Origin: Candidatus Kapaibacterium sp.
Lineage (GTDB): Bacteria > Bacteroidota > Ignavibacteria > Kapaibacteriales > UBA2268
Direction: 5' to 3'
DNA: 64,000 nt
NCBI GenBank assembly: GCA_963665665.1
Contig: OY762428.1
Location: 1,696,001-1,760,000, forward strand
Positions 18,696-28,274 of the stretch are shown piece by piece. The position numbers and the translations under genes were made by a program. The notes below the pieces were generated by a model, which saw only the letters and a program-made list of their open reading frames with translations, was not told the origin of the DNA and searched no databases. Position 1 is the stretch's first letter. Each line of letters starts with the position of its first letter.

Positions 18696-20165
18696 CTATA
18701 TTGTCAATCTCAGAACCGGTGAAATCATGAAGAAATTCTCGATTTCATAAGGCCTTGCATCACGCAATGGTGTAGCATATTTACCTTCAATGTAAAGCCA
18801 GGGGCTTAGCAGAGGAATATACAGGCGGCCCATAAATATCTGGTTAGAGATCTGCGCGCTGATTCCGAATGGAAACGCAGCCTGGTTACTGTATTCAATT
18901 TTCGCGAAGATGTAATCGGCAGCTTCACTGTTTTTGTATGTTCTGAGTCCGGTGATCCCGTCTTTTGAAAGGAAGGAAACAGCAAGAGTATCATCACGAT
19001 AGTAAGCCATTTCAACTACTTCGCTGTAATTAACACCAAAATCGAACCTGATGAAGTTCTCAGGTTTCTGTTTGTCTATCCACCAGTTATAGAACAATGA
19101 AAAGCGGCCTGTTGTGCGAAGCATAGGAGCAACTTTTGTGATCCTTGAAGTAAGTGCACGAGGATCGCCATCAGCAAATTCTACTATCTGGTCTTCCGGC
19201 ATCATCATATATCCAAAAGCACCTTCATCAATACCCTGTGTCTCAAGGCCTTTAAGCGGAACTTCAACATTGAATGTAACACCGGCCTGAGGATGGAAAG
19301 GCATGTGGAAGTCAATACCACCGATAAGTTTTCCACCCGGGTCAGAATTAAGTGTACGGCCTTTTACCCAGCTAAGCAGTGTATTGCCGTCACCGATACC
19401 CGAGGTTATTTTATAAGCACCGCCAAGATGAGCATTAATAAGGAATGGAATTACTCTTCTTGTAGCATCATCATCATTTCCATACAGAGGCCTTTGAAGC
19501 ATAACTTTGGCTTCGCCTGCCGACCAAAAGTGATAACCGATATCATCATTTCCAAGCTGTGAAGTCAGCCAGAATCCTGTTTCGCCGATTTTTACTGTCT
19601 GTTCGAAAAGTGAAAGAGTGATAGCCTGCTGAGCATCAGACGGCCTGAGAAGGAAATTGGTAACAACATCTTTCTGAACATCCATCAGCGGAAGGCTTAC
19701 CGGAATATCTTCATAGCAGTAATCTCTTGATGCAAAAGGTTTCACTTCGCCGCGAAGTTCACCTGTATAATAATATTCTCCCGAAAGAACACCAAGCAGG
19801 AAATCACTGAGAGTAGACTCGATTTCTACAGTATTCATACTGTTTTCAGGCATGGGTTCACCACAGGATATCATAAGAATATCATAAGGAACATCGCCCC
19901 ATTCCCTCGGGGCAGCCATTATCTGAATATTATTCATGTCCAGGTCGGCTTTGTTGTAGCCCATCTGAACAAACGCGGTATAAATCTGAACCATAAGATC
20001 CTGCTCGCAAACTTTCCATCTCGGAAAATATTGTTTGATCTCAGGATCAATATCTGTAAGGCTTTCCAGGATCTCACTCTCGTCAATATCAACATCCTGT
20101 GAATAAAGATTTGACAATCCCAGAAGCATTAAAACAAAAACCGTTATTTTCATATATCTTTTCAT
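18696..20165 (-). CDS. Hypothetical exported protein, probable outer-membrane beta-barrel C-terminal half
   Basis: Signal peptide; alternating-residue strands; ends 'FMISPVLRLTI'. Confidence 0.7.
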   Translation of the reverse strand: MKRYMKITVFVLMLLGLSNLYSQDVDIDESEILESLTDIDPEIKQYFPRWKVCEQDLMVQIYTAFVQMGYNKADLDMNNIQIMAAPREWGDVPYDILMISCGEPMPENSMNTVEIESTLSDFLLGVLSGEYYYTGELRGEVKPFASRDYCYEDIPVSLPLMDVQKDVVTNFLLRPSDAQQAITLSLFEQTVKIGETGFWLTSQLGNDDIGYHFWSAGEAKVMLQRPLYGNDDDATRRVIPFLINAHLGGAYKITSGIGDGNTLLSWVKGRTLNSDPGGKLIGGIDFHMPFHPQAGVTFNVEVPLKGLETQGIDEGAFGYMMMPEDQIVEFADGDPRALTSRITKVAPMLRTTGRFSLFYNWWIDKQKPENFIRFDFGVNYSEVVEMAYYRDDTLAVSFLSKDGITGLRTYKNSEAADYIFAKIEYSNQAAFPFGISAQISNQIFMGRLYIPLLSPWLYIEGKYATPLRDARPYEIENFFMISPVLRLTI

Positions 20166-20212
20166 AGCAAGGCTTTAAATTTTTCCTACTAAATTATTTA
20201 CTTAATCACTAA

Positions 20213-21949
20213 TTAAAAATTGACGATAAACCTGGCCATTGGTGTAAACACGCTGCCGTCTTCCCATGGGTGATCTTCATCGCGGAATGCGTTGAAATAA
20301 CCCTTGGCATCAAGCCTGATTGACAGTGTATTGTCAATTACAGGGAATTGTATCCATACTTTTCCGAATAGAGCTTCATCAAAATACTGGAGAGTAGCTC
20401 CGTAAGGAGTAGCAACGTCTCTTACCATGAAGTCCATTTTTCCGGAAATTCCACCTTTAGTTTCATCTTCAACTTTATAATATTTAACCTCGTCTTCGCT
20501 ATCGCTACGGTCGTATTTGTATCCCCATTGTTCCACATTGTAAACTGTGGCGCCGATACCAAACCTGAGCATGTAATCAGCATCAACGGAAATTGCAAAT
20601 GTATAATGCAACTGAGCATTGCCTCTTATGAAATAGTCATATTTCAGGAAATTGTCGTAAGCGTTATACTGATATTCAAAATTATCAATATTAAGATTTC
20701 TGTCTTTATATGATGCTTCTTCTGCATCACCGAATATATAACCACCGCTAAGCTGGAAAACTCCGCCCTTTGGAATTATTTTAATCGGGAAATCAGCAGC
20801 GCCTGAAATACCAACGCCGCCGTGAGTAAGCATTCTTGTCTGGTCGAAAACATCTTCTGAAAGTGAAGACCAACCGCCTGTCGGGAGAATAACACCAAGC
20901 TTTACGTTCTGCCAAAGAGCGCTAAGAGTCATCCTTTCACTCCAAAGCGAAGCATAGTTGATCTCGTCGATACCGTATTTAAGTTCCACACCGATCTTCG
21001 GAAGATCAGTATTAGGATAGAAATTCACGGTGTCAATATCATCTTCAGCGTATTCAACGGTTCTAAGCTCGTATTGTTTCCAGCTTATCAGGTCCGGGCT
21101 GATGATCACTTCATTTTCTTTCAGCTCAATATCAAGCGGAGAGCCTTCTGAAATCCTCATGATAGTCTGGATTTCTGATGATGTAATATCATTAGCATTT
21201 TTTACAATTGATTTTGAAACACCCCTGGTTGGGTCAAGCCAAATAAGGTCAGTACCGATACCCTGTGCTTCAAGAGTGATATTTTTAACGTTGTTCTGCA
21301 GGAATGCAGTCATCATAAGCTTATACATATTGTCAGCGCCAAATTCTTCCGGATCGAGGTCAAACTGTTCCATTTCTTTCACAGTAAAAACATATTCCGG
21401 ATTTGGCCTGTCCATAGCCCTTTTAAGATCTTCTTCATCTTCATACTGAATCATTGCTGCTATTATTACTTTCGGCATTGGGTCTTCATGACTAACCCTG
21501 TTAGTAATAAGAAAAGTTCTGCGGATCATTTGGGTTGACCCGGAGCCGGGATCAGCACAGTCCCATAGAACATCAAAATTCGGGGGAACTGTAATACCGC
21601 GTGAAAAGAGAGCCCTTTGAACCTGTCCTTTGGACTGTCCTTCGGTTCTTCCCCTTTTAATCAGATTCCAAACAGCAGCGTCAACTTTTTTCTGTTCTTC
21701 TTCGCAATCGCCGCTTGTGGCATTTCTTTTCTTTTCCTTGGTTTTAATAGCTTTCTTGATATCACTGAGATTCTTAAGCTCCCAGATGGATACCTGGCCG
21801 AACCTGTAATTCTTAAACCTGTTAAGAATGCTTTCGAGCTTTATCCTGAACGATTCGTCATATTCGGCTGCATCGGCTTGCTGGCTTAGTGGCAGAAGCA
21901 TTCCGCAGAGAATCAGGCTCAAAACAAAGATTCTTGAGATGTTATTAAT
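20213..21949 (-). CDS. Hypothetical exported protein, probable outer-membrane beta-barrel; possible paralog of 18696..20165
   Basis: Signal peptide (MINN...ADA); terminal Phe 'FTPMARFIVNF'; 'YGIDEINYASLWS' resembles 'LGNDDIGYHFWS' in the neighbour. Confidence 0.7.
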   Translation of the reverse strand: MNNISRIFVLSLILCGMLLPLSQQADAAEYDESFRIKLESILNRFKNYRFGQVSIWELKNLSDIKKAIKTKEKKRNATSGDCEEEQKKVDAAVWNLIKRGRTEGQSKGQVQRALFSRGITVPPNFDVLWDCADPGSGSTQMIRRTFLITNRVSHEDPMPKVIIAAMIQYEDEEDLKRAMDRPNPEYVFTVKEMEQFDLDPEEFGADNMYKLMMTAFLQNNVKNITLEAQGIGTDLIWLDPTRGVSKSIVKNANDITSSEIQTIMRISEGSPLDIELKENEVIISPDLISWKQYELRTVEYAEDDIDTVNFYPNTDLPKIGVELKYGIDEINYASLWSERMTLSALWQNVKLGVILPTGGWSSLSEDVFDQTRMLTHGGVGISGAADFPIKIIPKGGVFQLSGGYIFGDAEEASYKDRNLNIDNFEYQYNAYDNFLKYDYFIRGNAQLHYTFAISVDADYMLRFGIGATVYNVEQWGYKYDRSDSEDEVKYYKVEDETKGGISGKMDFMVRDVATPYGATLQYFDEALFGKVWIQFPVIDNTLSIRLDAKGYFNAFRDEDHPWEDGSVFTPMARFIVNF

Positions 21950-22035
21950 CATTTTTATCAGCCCTTGCAAATATCACTTAATTATTAATTTCTATTATTT
22001 TCAATTTCATTTCAATTTAAATTTCGCCAACCGGA

Positions 22036-24321
22036 TTATCTTCTCCTGCCACGGTTACGTCCGCTTGAAGAAGGTTCATAATTGATCTTAACAGGATAGT
22101 TCTGCGTAATTTCTTCAGAGCTCTTTCCATTTACCGGATTGGTTGCATAAGCAGTTATCGGAATTGTAATAGTTCCACGCACTTTGTTTTCGCCACGTTC
22201 AAGTTTACCGCTCAGCTCGAAATAAATACTGTAACCTGATTCCGGGTCGCCTTCAATACTCGGCGAAACGGCAATGCTGTATGTTTTAAGTCCGTCTACG
22301 ATTGATGCAGAACCGCACTTAATATTAATCTCGGCATTTTCGCTTGAACCTGTAATTGGTGGCGTAACAGCAATACCGGTAATTGTAACTTTAAGTTTTT
22401 TGTCAGTACCCGAATATTCAGGGGATGCTGTCCTGGTTGAAATGCTCGGTTCTTCCTGTTTTATCTCAAATGTTCTTTCAGGATAAAGGTCAATTTCAGT
22501 ACCTGTAAATGGCTGTATCCATGTTACGCGTGCCTTAACAGTATTTGCAGATGAAGATAGTTCCACACGCTGATCTTCAAGAACAGAAAGGCCTTCAATA
22601 GGAACAGGCTGGTTATTCAGGTCAGTACTCAGGTAAATCCTGAACTGGTTGGATTTAATCTTACCGCCCGATGTAGGCATAGCATCTATACCGATTTTAT
22701 ATCCGTAATATGAGAAAGCCGTAAGCTGTCCTGATATTTTATTTTCAGATTCCTGTGAAAGTTTTGATTCAAAAACTTCGTATTCCGAAATTTCATCATC
22801 CTGCCTGCCACCGATCTGATGTTTCATTTCCAATGTATATTTGCCAGCGGGCAGGTTTTCTTCAACATAAGCCCTGAATGTTCTGTCAAATCCCTGTACC
22901 GGAGGAGCACCGCTATAGTCTGCAAGTTCATCTGCCGGACGGCAGATAACATTTGATACTACCTGTCCGTTAACATCTTTAACAACACCGCTCACAACAT
23001 TCTTTCCGCCATCCTGATACGGGGCTATCGAGAAGTCAAATACACCCGGGGCTTTATCAAATGTAGCCGTATATTTCGGTACCTGAAGTGTAGGCTCGGA
23101 TACTTTAACTTTAGGAGTAATAACGCGAATATCAAATTCGATAGCGCCTGTATTCTGGTCAAATTTTGAAGACATACCGGGAGCAAGAAGCTTGCAGATA
23201 TATCCGTAAAGCTGAATTTTACCCATCAGGTCAACAGCATCGTCTTCATCCCTTGCAAGAAGTGATGAAGCTTTAAGGCCTTCGTCAAATTTGTCAATAT
23301 CCTGCTCATCAGTTAAAATATCAATAAGCGGAAGGCTATATTTGTCAAGTTTCCTGAGAAGTTCTTTCTGAACCTTACGAAGGTCTTTAACTGTAAGCTG
23401 AACCGTACCGATATTAACAGTTGTTTCATCATCAAGTTCTTCAATATTTTCACCAGCTCTGACACCAAGAATCATGTTCGTTCTGGAAGCAAACCTGAGT
23501 TTATACCATCCAGCCTGGTTCGGCGGTTTGAAGTTTACAACAAAAGCTCTTTTCTGAAGATCCTGAACAGATCCGGGATCAAGATCGCCGAAAGATTCTT
23601 TTTCAGAATAGCAAAAGATAGAATCTTCAGGAACTTCATCAGGCGACATATTCGGGCCTTTTACAATTTCAGATTCCTTCGGGTAAACCGGATGTAAAGA
23701 ATTTAATGTAATATTCTGGAGATCCATATTATTAAAGGCAGCTTCTTCGTCAAGAACCAACCTTCTGATTCCGAGAAGTTCCCATGAACTGCCGTCCGGA
23801 GCCTCAAGGGCAAATCCGGGTTCTTCCTGCGACAAGTCCATATCTCTTAATATTTTTGTATCAGGGAAGGGCGGGGCATTGTCAGGGTCTTCGCTGGAGT
23901 TATAGAACACCTGGTACTCAATATCCCTTACATTGCCGAGCTTGATAAGAGTTTTCAGCCTCTGCACGTATTCTTTTTCCGATTCACCTTCCACACGTTT
24001 AAGTGATGTACTTACGTCAGTAACACCAACTTCCACGATGTACTTACGATAAGGTTTAAGGTCTGCGCCAAGTACTTCTTTAATATTCACACCTGCCGGC
24101 GGAATAGTAATTTCATCCTGCGGACGGGTGTTGATACCTTCGGTACCGGCCCCTGACTGCAACTGTGACAGAATACTTTCCACAATCTTCATCGTCTCTT
24201 TCTGCTTCTGTAAAAGTCCTTCTTCGGCCTCATCACGTTCCACGATAATGATGAGCAGCTCCAGCACAACCGCCAGATACAACACGAAGTAAACTTTTCC
24301 TGCACCACCGCCTTTAGACAT
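22036..24321 (-). CDS. Bitopic membrane protein with large periplasmic region, possible divergent PorM/GldM-like motor subunit
   Basis: Short Gly-rich cytoplasmic N-terminus, single TM helix 'KVYFVLYLAVVLELLIII' with Tyr and Glu, then about 730 aa rich in beta-type segments. CDS is certain; the family is inferred. Confidence 0.55.
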   Translation of the reverse strand: MSKGGGAGKVYFVLYLAVVLELLIIIVERDEAEEGLLQKQKETMKIVESILSQLQSGAGTEGINTRPQDEITIPPAGVNIKEVLGADLKPYRKYIVEVGVTDVSTSLKRVEGESEKEYVQRLKTLIKLGNVRDIEYQVFYNSSEDPDNAPPFPDTKILRDMDLSQEEPGFALEAPDGSSWELLGIRRLVLDEEAAFNNMDLQNITLNSLHPVYPKESEIVKGPNMSPDEVPEDSIFCYSEKESFGDLDPGSVQDLQKRAFVVNFKPPNQAGWYKLRFASRTNMILGVRAGENIEELDDETTVNIGTVQLTVKDLRKVQKELLRKLDKYSLPLIDILTDEQDIDKFDEGLKASSLLARDEDDAVDLMGKIQLYGYICKLLAPGMSSKFDQNTGAIEFDIRVITPKVKVSEPTLQVPKYTATFDKAPGVFDFSIAPYQDGGKNVVSGVVKDVNGQVVSNVICRPADELADYSGAPPVQGFDRTFRAYVEENLPAGKYTLEMKHQIGGRQDDEISEYEVFESKLSQESENKISGQLTAFSYYGYKIGIDAMPTSGGKIKSNQFRIYLSTDLNNQPVPIEGLSVLEDQRVELSSSANTVKARVTWIQPFTGTEIDLYPERTFEIKQEEPSISTRTASPEYSGTDKKLKVTITGIAVTPPITGSSENAEINIKCGSASIVDGLKTYSIAVSPSIEGDPESGYSIYFELSGKLERGENKVRGTITIPITAYATNPVNGKSSEEITQNYPVKINYEPSSSGRNRGRRR

Positions 24322-24864
24322 AATCTTACCCTTTATAAAGCGTCAACATACTATTATTGTCAATTTGCGCCCGCCGTTTCCCGAAAGAAAATGCCTGTCC
24401 GTTTAATTTACGGCAGACATCAGGCGGGATTTCTATTTAATATTTTTCCATCATTTTCCGGTTAATTATCCTGTGCTCAATTCCATTTCGTCACAGGTTT
24501 TACAATTTATTGTAATTGTATCAGATATACAAGAAAAAAATTAAATTTCTCCTACGCATTCTCATGATCAAGGAACGTAAAATCCCTTGAAATATGCTCC
24601 TGAACTGCGTATCGATAAATAAGTTGTCAATCAAATCCTATCAGCAAATATTTCATGCAATATTTATAATTGATGATAAAAAAACAATTCACCAATAAGG
24701 AATTAAAAGGGAAATATAATTGTGGGTACAGTTAAATATACGAAAAAAATTTGAAATTATTATAATAAAAATTGTTATTAATATTTTGAAAATAAATTCA
24801 TAATAAATTCATTAGAACCAAATTATTTTTTTTCGAGCCGGACACAATAGAAAATCCAATAACA

Positions 24865-24893
24865 GGAAAGCCCGGCTCGAAGCCGGGCTTTCC
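24865..24893. terminator. Terminator hairpin downstream of sodB
   Basis: GGAAAGCCCGGCT-CGA-AGCCGGGCTTTCC perfect stem. Confidence 0.7.
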
Positions 24894-24921
24894 CTTTCAT
24901 AATCTTATATTCAATATATTT

Positions 24922-25497
24922 TTACAGTTTTTTTGCTACATTGTCCCAGTTAGCAAGTTCCCAGAAATGCTCAATGAATTTCGGGCGTGCGTTGCGGTAA
25001 TCAATATAATAAGCATGCTCCCAAACATCAATTGTCAGCAAAGGAGTATCTGTTGATGTCAGCGGTGTACCGGCATTGCTTGTCTGAACTATATCAAGTT
25101 TCCCGTCTTCTTTTTTAACCAGCCATGCCCAGCCTGAACCGAACAGTGTAACGGCAGCTTTCGAGAATTTATCCTTGAACTCATCAAAGGATCCGAAATT
25201 ATTGGTAATAGCTTCCAGCACTTTTCCGTCAGGGGTTCCGCCTGAATTCGGAGAAAGGCTGTTCCAGAAGAATGTATGGTTCCATATCTGGGCAGCATTG
25301 TTAAATATACCGCCTTCTGATTTCCTGATAATATCTTCAAGTGCCATACCCTCGAATTCTGTTCCGGCAATAAGGTTATTCAGGTTATTTACATAAGCCT
25401 GATGGTGTTTGCCATGATGATAGTCAAGAGTTTCTTCAGAAATGTGCGGAGCTAAGGCGTTTTTGTCGAATGGTAATTCTGGTAATTGGAAAGACAT
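24922..25497 (-). CDS. sodB: Fe-type superoxide dismutase
   Basis: HHGKHH, NNAAQIWNHTFFW (Fe-type Gln), FGSGWAW, DVWEHAYY. Confidence 0.95.
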   Translation of the reverse strand: MSFQLPELPFDKNALAPHISEETLDYHHGKHHQAYVNNLNNLIAGTEFEGMALEDIIRKSEGGIFNNAAQIWNHTFFWNSLSPNSGGTPDGKVLEAITNNFGSFDEFKDKFSKAAVTLFGSGWAWLVKKEDGKLDIVQTSNAGTPLTSTDTPLLTIDVWEHAYYIDYRNARPKFIEHFWELANWDNVAKKL

Positions 25498-25605
25498 AAT
25501 TTTCTCCCGTAATTAATAATTCAATAATACATTTATATAAAAGGATTGGTATTTTTAAATGGCTGCCGTTTCCGGCAGCCTTTATTCTAATTAATTGTTT
25601 TCAAA

Positions 25606-25992
25606 TTAAGCGTGACATCCGCATGTGTTGAAATTATTCGGATTGTTAAATATAAATCCGCTGCCCTGCGGGCCGTCAACAAAATCAAGTGTAACGCCAA
25701 GAAGATAGAAAAGGCTTTTTGCATCAGTTACAATTTTAAGGCCGCCAACTTCAAAGTCACGGTCATTTTCATTAACATTGTTATCAAAGCCCAAAGCGTA
25801 CTGCATGCCCGAGCAACCGCCGCTCTGAGAACCTATCCTGAGGAAGTGGCTGTCATCAAGGTTACTTTCTTCCCTGACTTTAAGAACCATTTCAAGAGCT
25901 CTTGTGGAAACATTAAAAGTATCGTTTTCTTCCGCGCCTTCTATTCCGGTATTAATTTTTTCAACTTCAAGTTCTTCGACTAATTCAGCCAT
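25606..25992 (-). CDS. A-type Fe-S carrier (HesB/IscA/ErpA family)
   Basis: GGCSGMQY and C-terminal NPN...TCGC. Confidence 0.92.
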   Translation of the reverse strand: MAELVEELEVEKINTGIEGAEENDTFNVSTRALEMVLKVREESNLDDSHFLRIGSQSGGCSGMQYALGFDNNVNENDRDFEVGGLKIVTDAKSLFYLLGVTLDFVDGPQGSGFIFNNPNNFNTCGCHA

Positions 25993-26110
25993 TTAATCTC
26001 CTGTTTCAAAAATGTGTAAAAAACTTTTAAACTAAGACTTATTTAATCCGAAAAAATTGTTTCGGTATCCTAAAAAAATAAATGTATTATGATTAATAAT
26101 TCCGGGATTA

Positions 26111-26338
26111 TTAATTTTTCCTGTCATTCTCAAGAATTTTTCTATACTTTTCTTTCATCCTGGCAGTTAATACAAAAGCAAGCACCAGGCCTATCAGTGT
26201 AAGTGCCGCAGCTACAAGCAATAAAATTTCATCAGTCATTGCATAGGCAGTAACAAACAATATTGTGGAAAGCAGGTTTGCAATAATCATTATCGTCCTG
26301 CTTTTATCGATATTTTTCAGCGCCTGATCTTTGCTCAT
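26111..26338 (-). CDS. Small hypothetical membrane protein
   Basis: Two TM helices, 75 aa, co-oriented with neighbours. Confidence 0.6.
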   Translation of the reverse strand: MSKDQALKNIDKSRTIMIIANLLSTILFVTAYAMTDEILLLVAAALTLIGLVLAFVLTARMKEKYRKILENDRKN

Positions 26339-26577
26339 GTTTGCTCGTTTTTCTCAAATGTTTGCAAATCAAAAATATAAAGATAATATAATTAGAAATA
26401 TCGGACAAAAAAATCATCAGCTAACTACACAACATTGTTGAATCCATACAATAAAATTTCATCTGCCACTATATATTATTTATAATTTTCCTTATCTTGG
26501 CAGATTATTGAAAATCAGATGATTTTCATTTTATAATGTAACTCAAACTTATTTTTAACAAATATAACGGAATTATC

Positions 26578-27768
26578 ATGGATCTGAATGCTATTCAAAA
26601 AGCTTTGAAAGATGAAAACCTTGACGGTTGGTTGTTTTACGATTTTCACGACCGAGACCACATTGCCCACAGGGTGTTAAATATGGATACAAAAAGATTT
26701 GCTTCCCGCCGCTGGTTCTATTTTATACCGGCAGAAGGCGAGCCACAGAAACTTGTTCACGCAATTGAACCCTGGCGCTGCGATCACCTTCCGGGTAAGA
26801 AAAATGTTTACCTGCCCTGGCAGCAGCAGCATGAGCTTCTGAAAACCATGATGGGAGACGCAAAAAAAGTTGCCATGCAATACTCGCCGAATAATGCCAT
26901 ACCTTACGTATCAATAGTTGACGGCGGAACAGTTGAGCTTGTAAGGAGCTTTGGCGTGGATGTTATGTCCAGCGCCAACCTGGTAAGTATTTTCGAATCA
27001 CACCTGGATGAAAAAGACCGCCAAAGCCATGAAGACGCTGCTAAAAGGATGCAATCCGTTAAAGACGAAACTTTTGCTGAAATTGCCAAAAGAATAAAAA
27101 ATGGCGAACATCCGAAAGAATTTGAAATTCAGGCCTTCATGCACAAACGTATGGAACATTATGATATGAACTGGGAAGATGATGGCCCGATTGTAGCAAT
27201 TAATGAGCATGCAGGCGACCCCCACTTCGAACCCACACCTGAAAACAGCCACGAAATGAAGGAAGGCGACCTTGTTCTTCTTGATCTCTGGGCAAAACGC
27301 AATCTGGAAGGTTCAATATATTATGATATTACCTGGATGGGATATATCGGAACAGAAGTGCCTGAAAATATCGAAAAATTATTCCGCATAGCTGCCGATG
27401 CGAGAAATGCCGGCGTTGCACTTGTAAGGGAACGTTTTTCATCCAATACCGACGTCCATGGCTGGGAAGTGGACGATGCAGTACGTAATGTTATCGATAA
27501 TGCCGGATACGGAAAATACTTTATTCACAGGACCGGCCATAATATTGCCGAACAGGTACACGGCAACGGCACTCATATTGACAATCTTGAAACAAAAGAC
27601 GAACGTCGTATAATCAAAGGATCATGTTTCTCGATCGAACCGGGAATATATATGCCTGAGGATAATCTTGGTTTCCGCACCGAACTTGATGTATTCGTTA
27701 CTGACGAAGGCGAAGTACAGGTTTACGGTGCAATTCAGGAAAAGGTTGTGCCTATTCTCAGCTTGTGA
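26578..27768 (+). CDS. M24 family Xaa-Pro aminopeptidase
   Basis: Metal-ligand motifs LLDLW, YYDIT, HRTGH, FSIEPGIY, RTELD. Confidence 0.92.
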   Translation: MDLNAIQKALKDENLDGWLFYDFHDRDHIAHRVLNMDTKRFASRRWFYFIPAEGEPQKLVHAIEPWRCDHLPGKKNVYLPWQQQHELLKTMMGDAKKVAMQYSPNNAIPYVSIVDGGTVELVRSFGVDVMSSANLVSIFESHLDEKDRQSHEDAAKRMQSVKDETFAEIAKRIKNGEHPKEFEIQAFMHKRMEHYDMNWEDDGPIVAINEHAGDPHFEPTPENSHEMKEGDLVLLDLWAKRNLEGSIYYDITWMGYIGTEVPENIEKLFRIAADARNAGVALVRERFSSNTDVHGWEVDDAVRNVIDNAGYGKYFIHRTGHNIAEQVHGNGTHIDNLETKDERRIIKGSCFSIEPGIYMPEDNLGFRTELDVFVTDEGEVQVYGAIQEKVVPILSL

Positions 27769-27791
27769 TTTTTTTTAATATAATTTTTTTT

Positions 27792-27827
27792 ATCCTCTTT
27801 GCTATTTCAGGCAAAGGGGATTTTTTT
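27792..27827 (+). terminator. Intrinsic terminator
   Basis: ATCCTCTTTGC...GCAAAGGGGAT plus T run. Confidence 0.65.
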
Positions 27828-28274
27828 ATCTGCTTCTTGCAACTTTGGCTAATCTATTAATAATTATTTATTGTGTTTACACGATGTAAATTACTGATGG
27901 ATAATGTAGGATTGAATATTTTAATATTTAATTAACAAATATTAATTAAAAAGTATGAGACCTTTTTGTAATACAAGTGTTATATTATATTAACAGGTAA
28001 AGGTATTTGTAATAACAAAATGAAATATTTATTGAAAAAATAGTTTTTCATAGTTAAATTGATTTCTTATATTTATACACTTGGATTGAAATTGTGTTAG
28101 GTAATGTATATTATAATTACAATAAAAAATAAAAATATGAGCTGTTTAAAATTCATAATATAACCTCGGGAATATAAAATTCCCATTAATGCGGTTATAA
28201 TTCGCGAGAGGGAACAAAATAGAATTATACCGAATTTAATTTTTTAATTTTTTTACTAATTCAGGAGATCAGTT

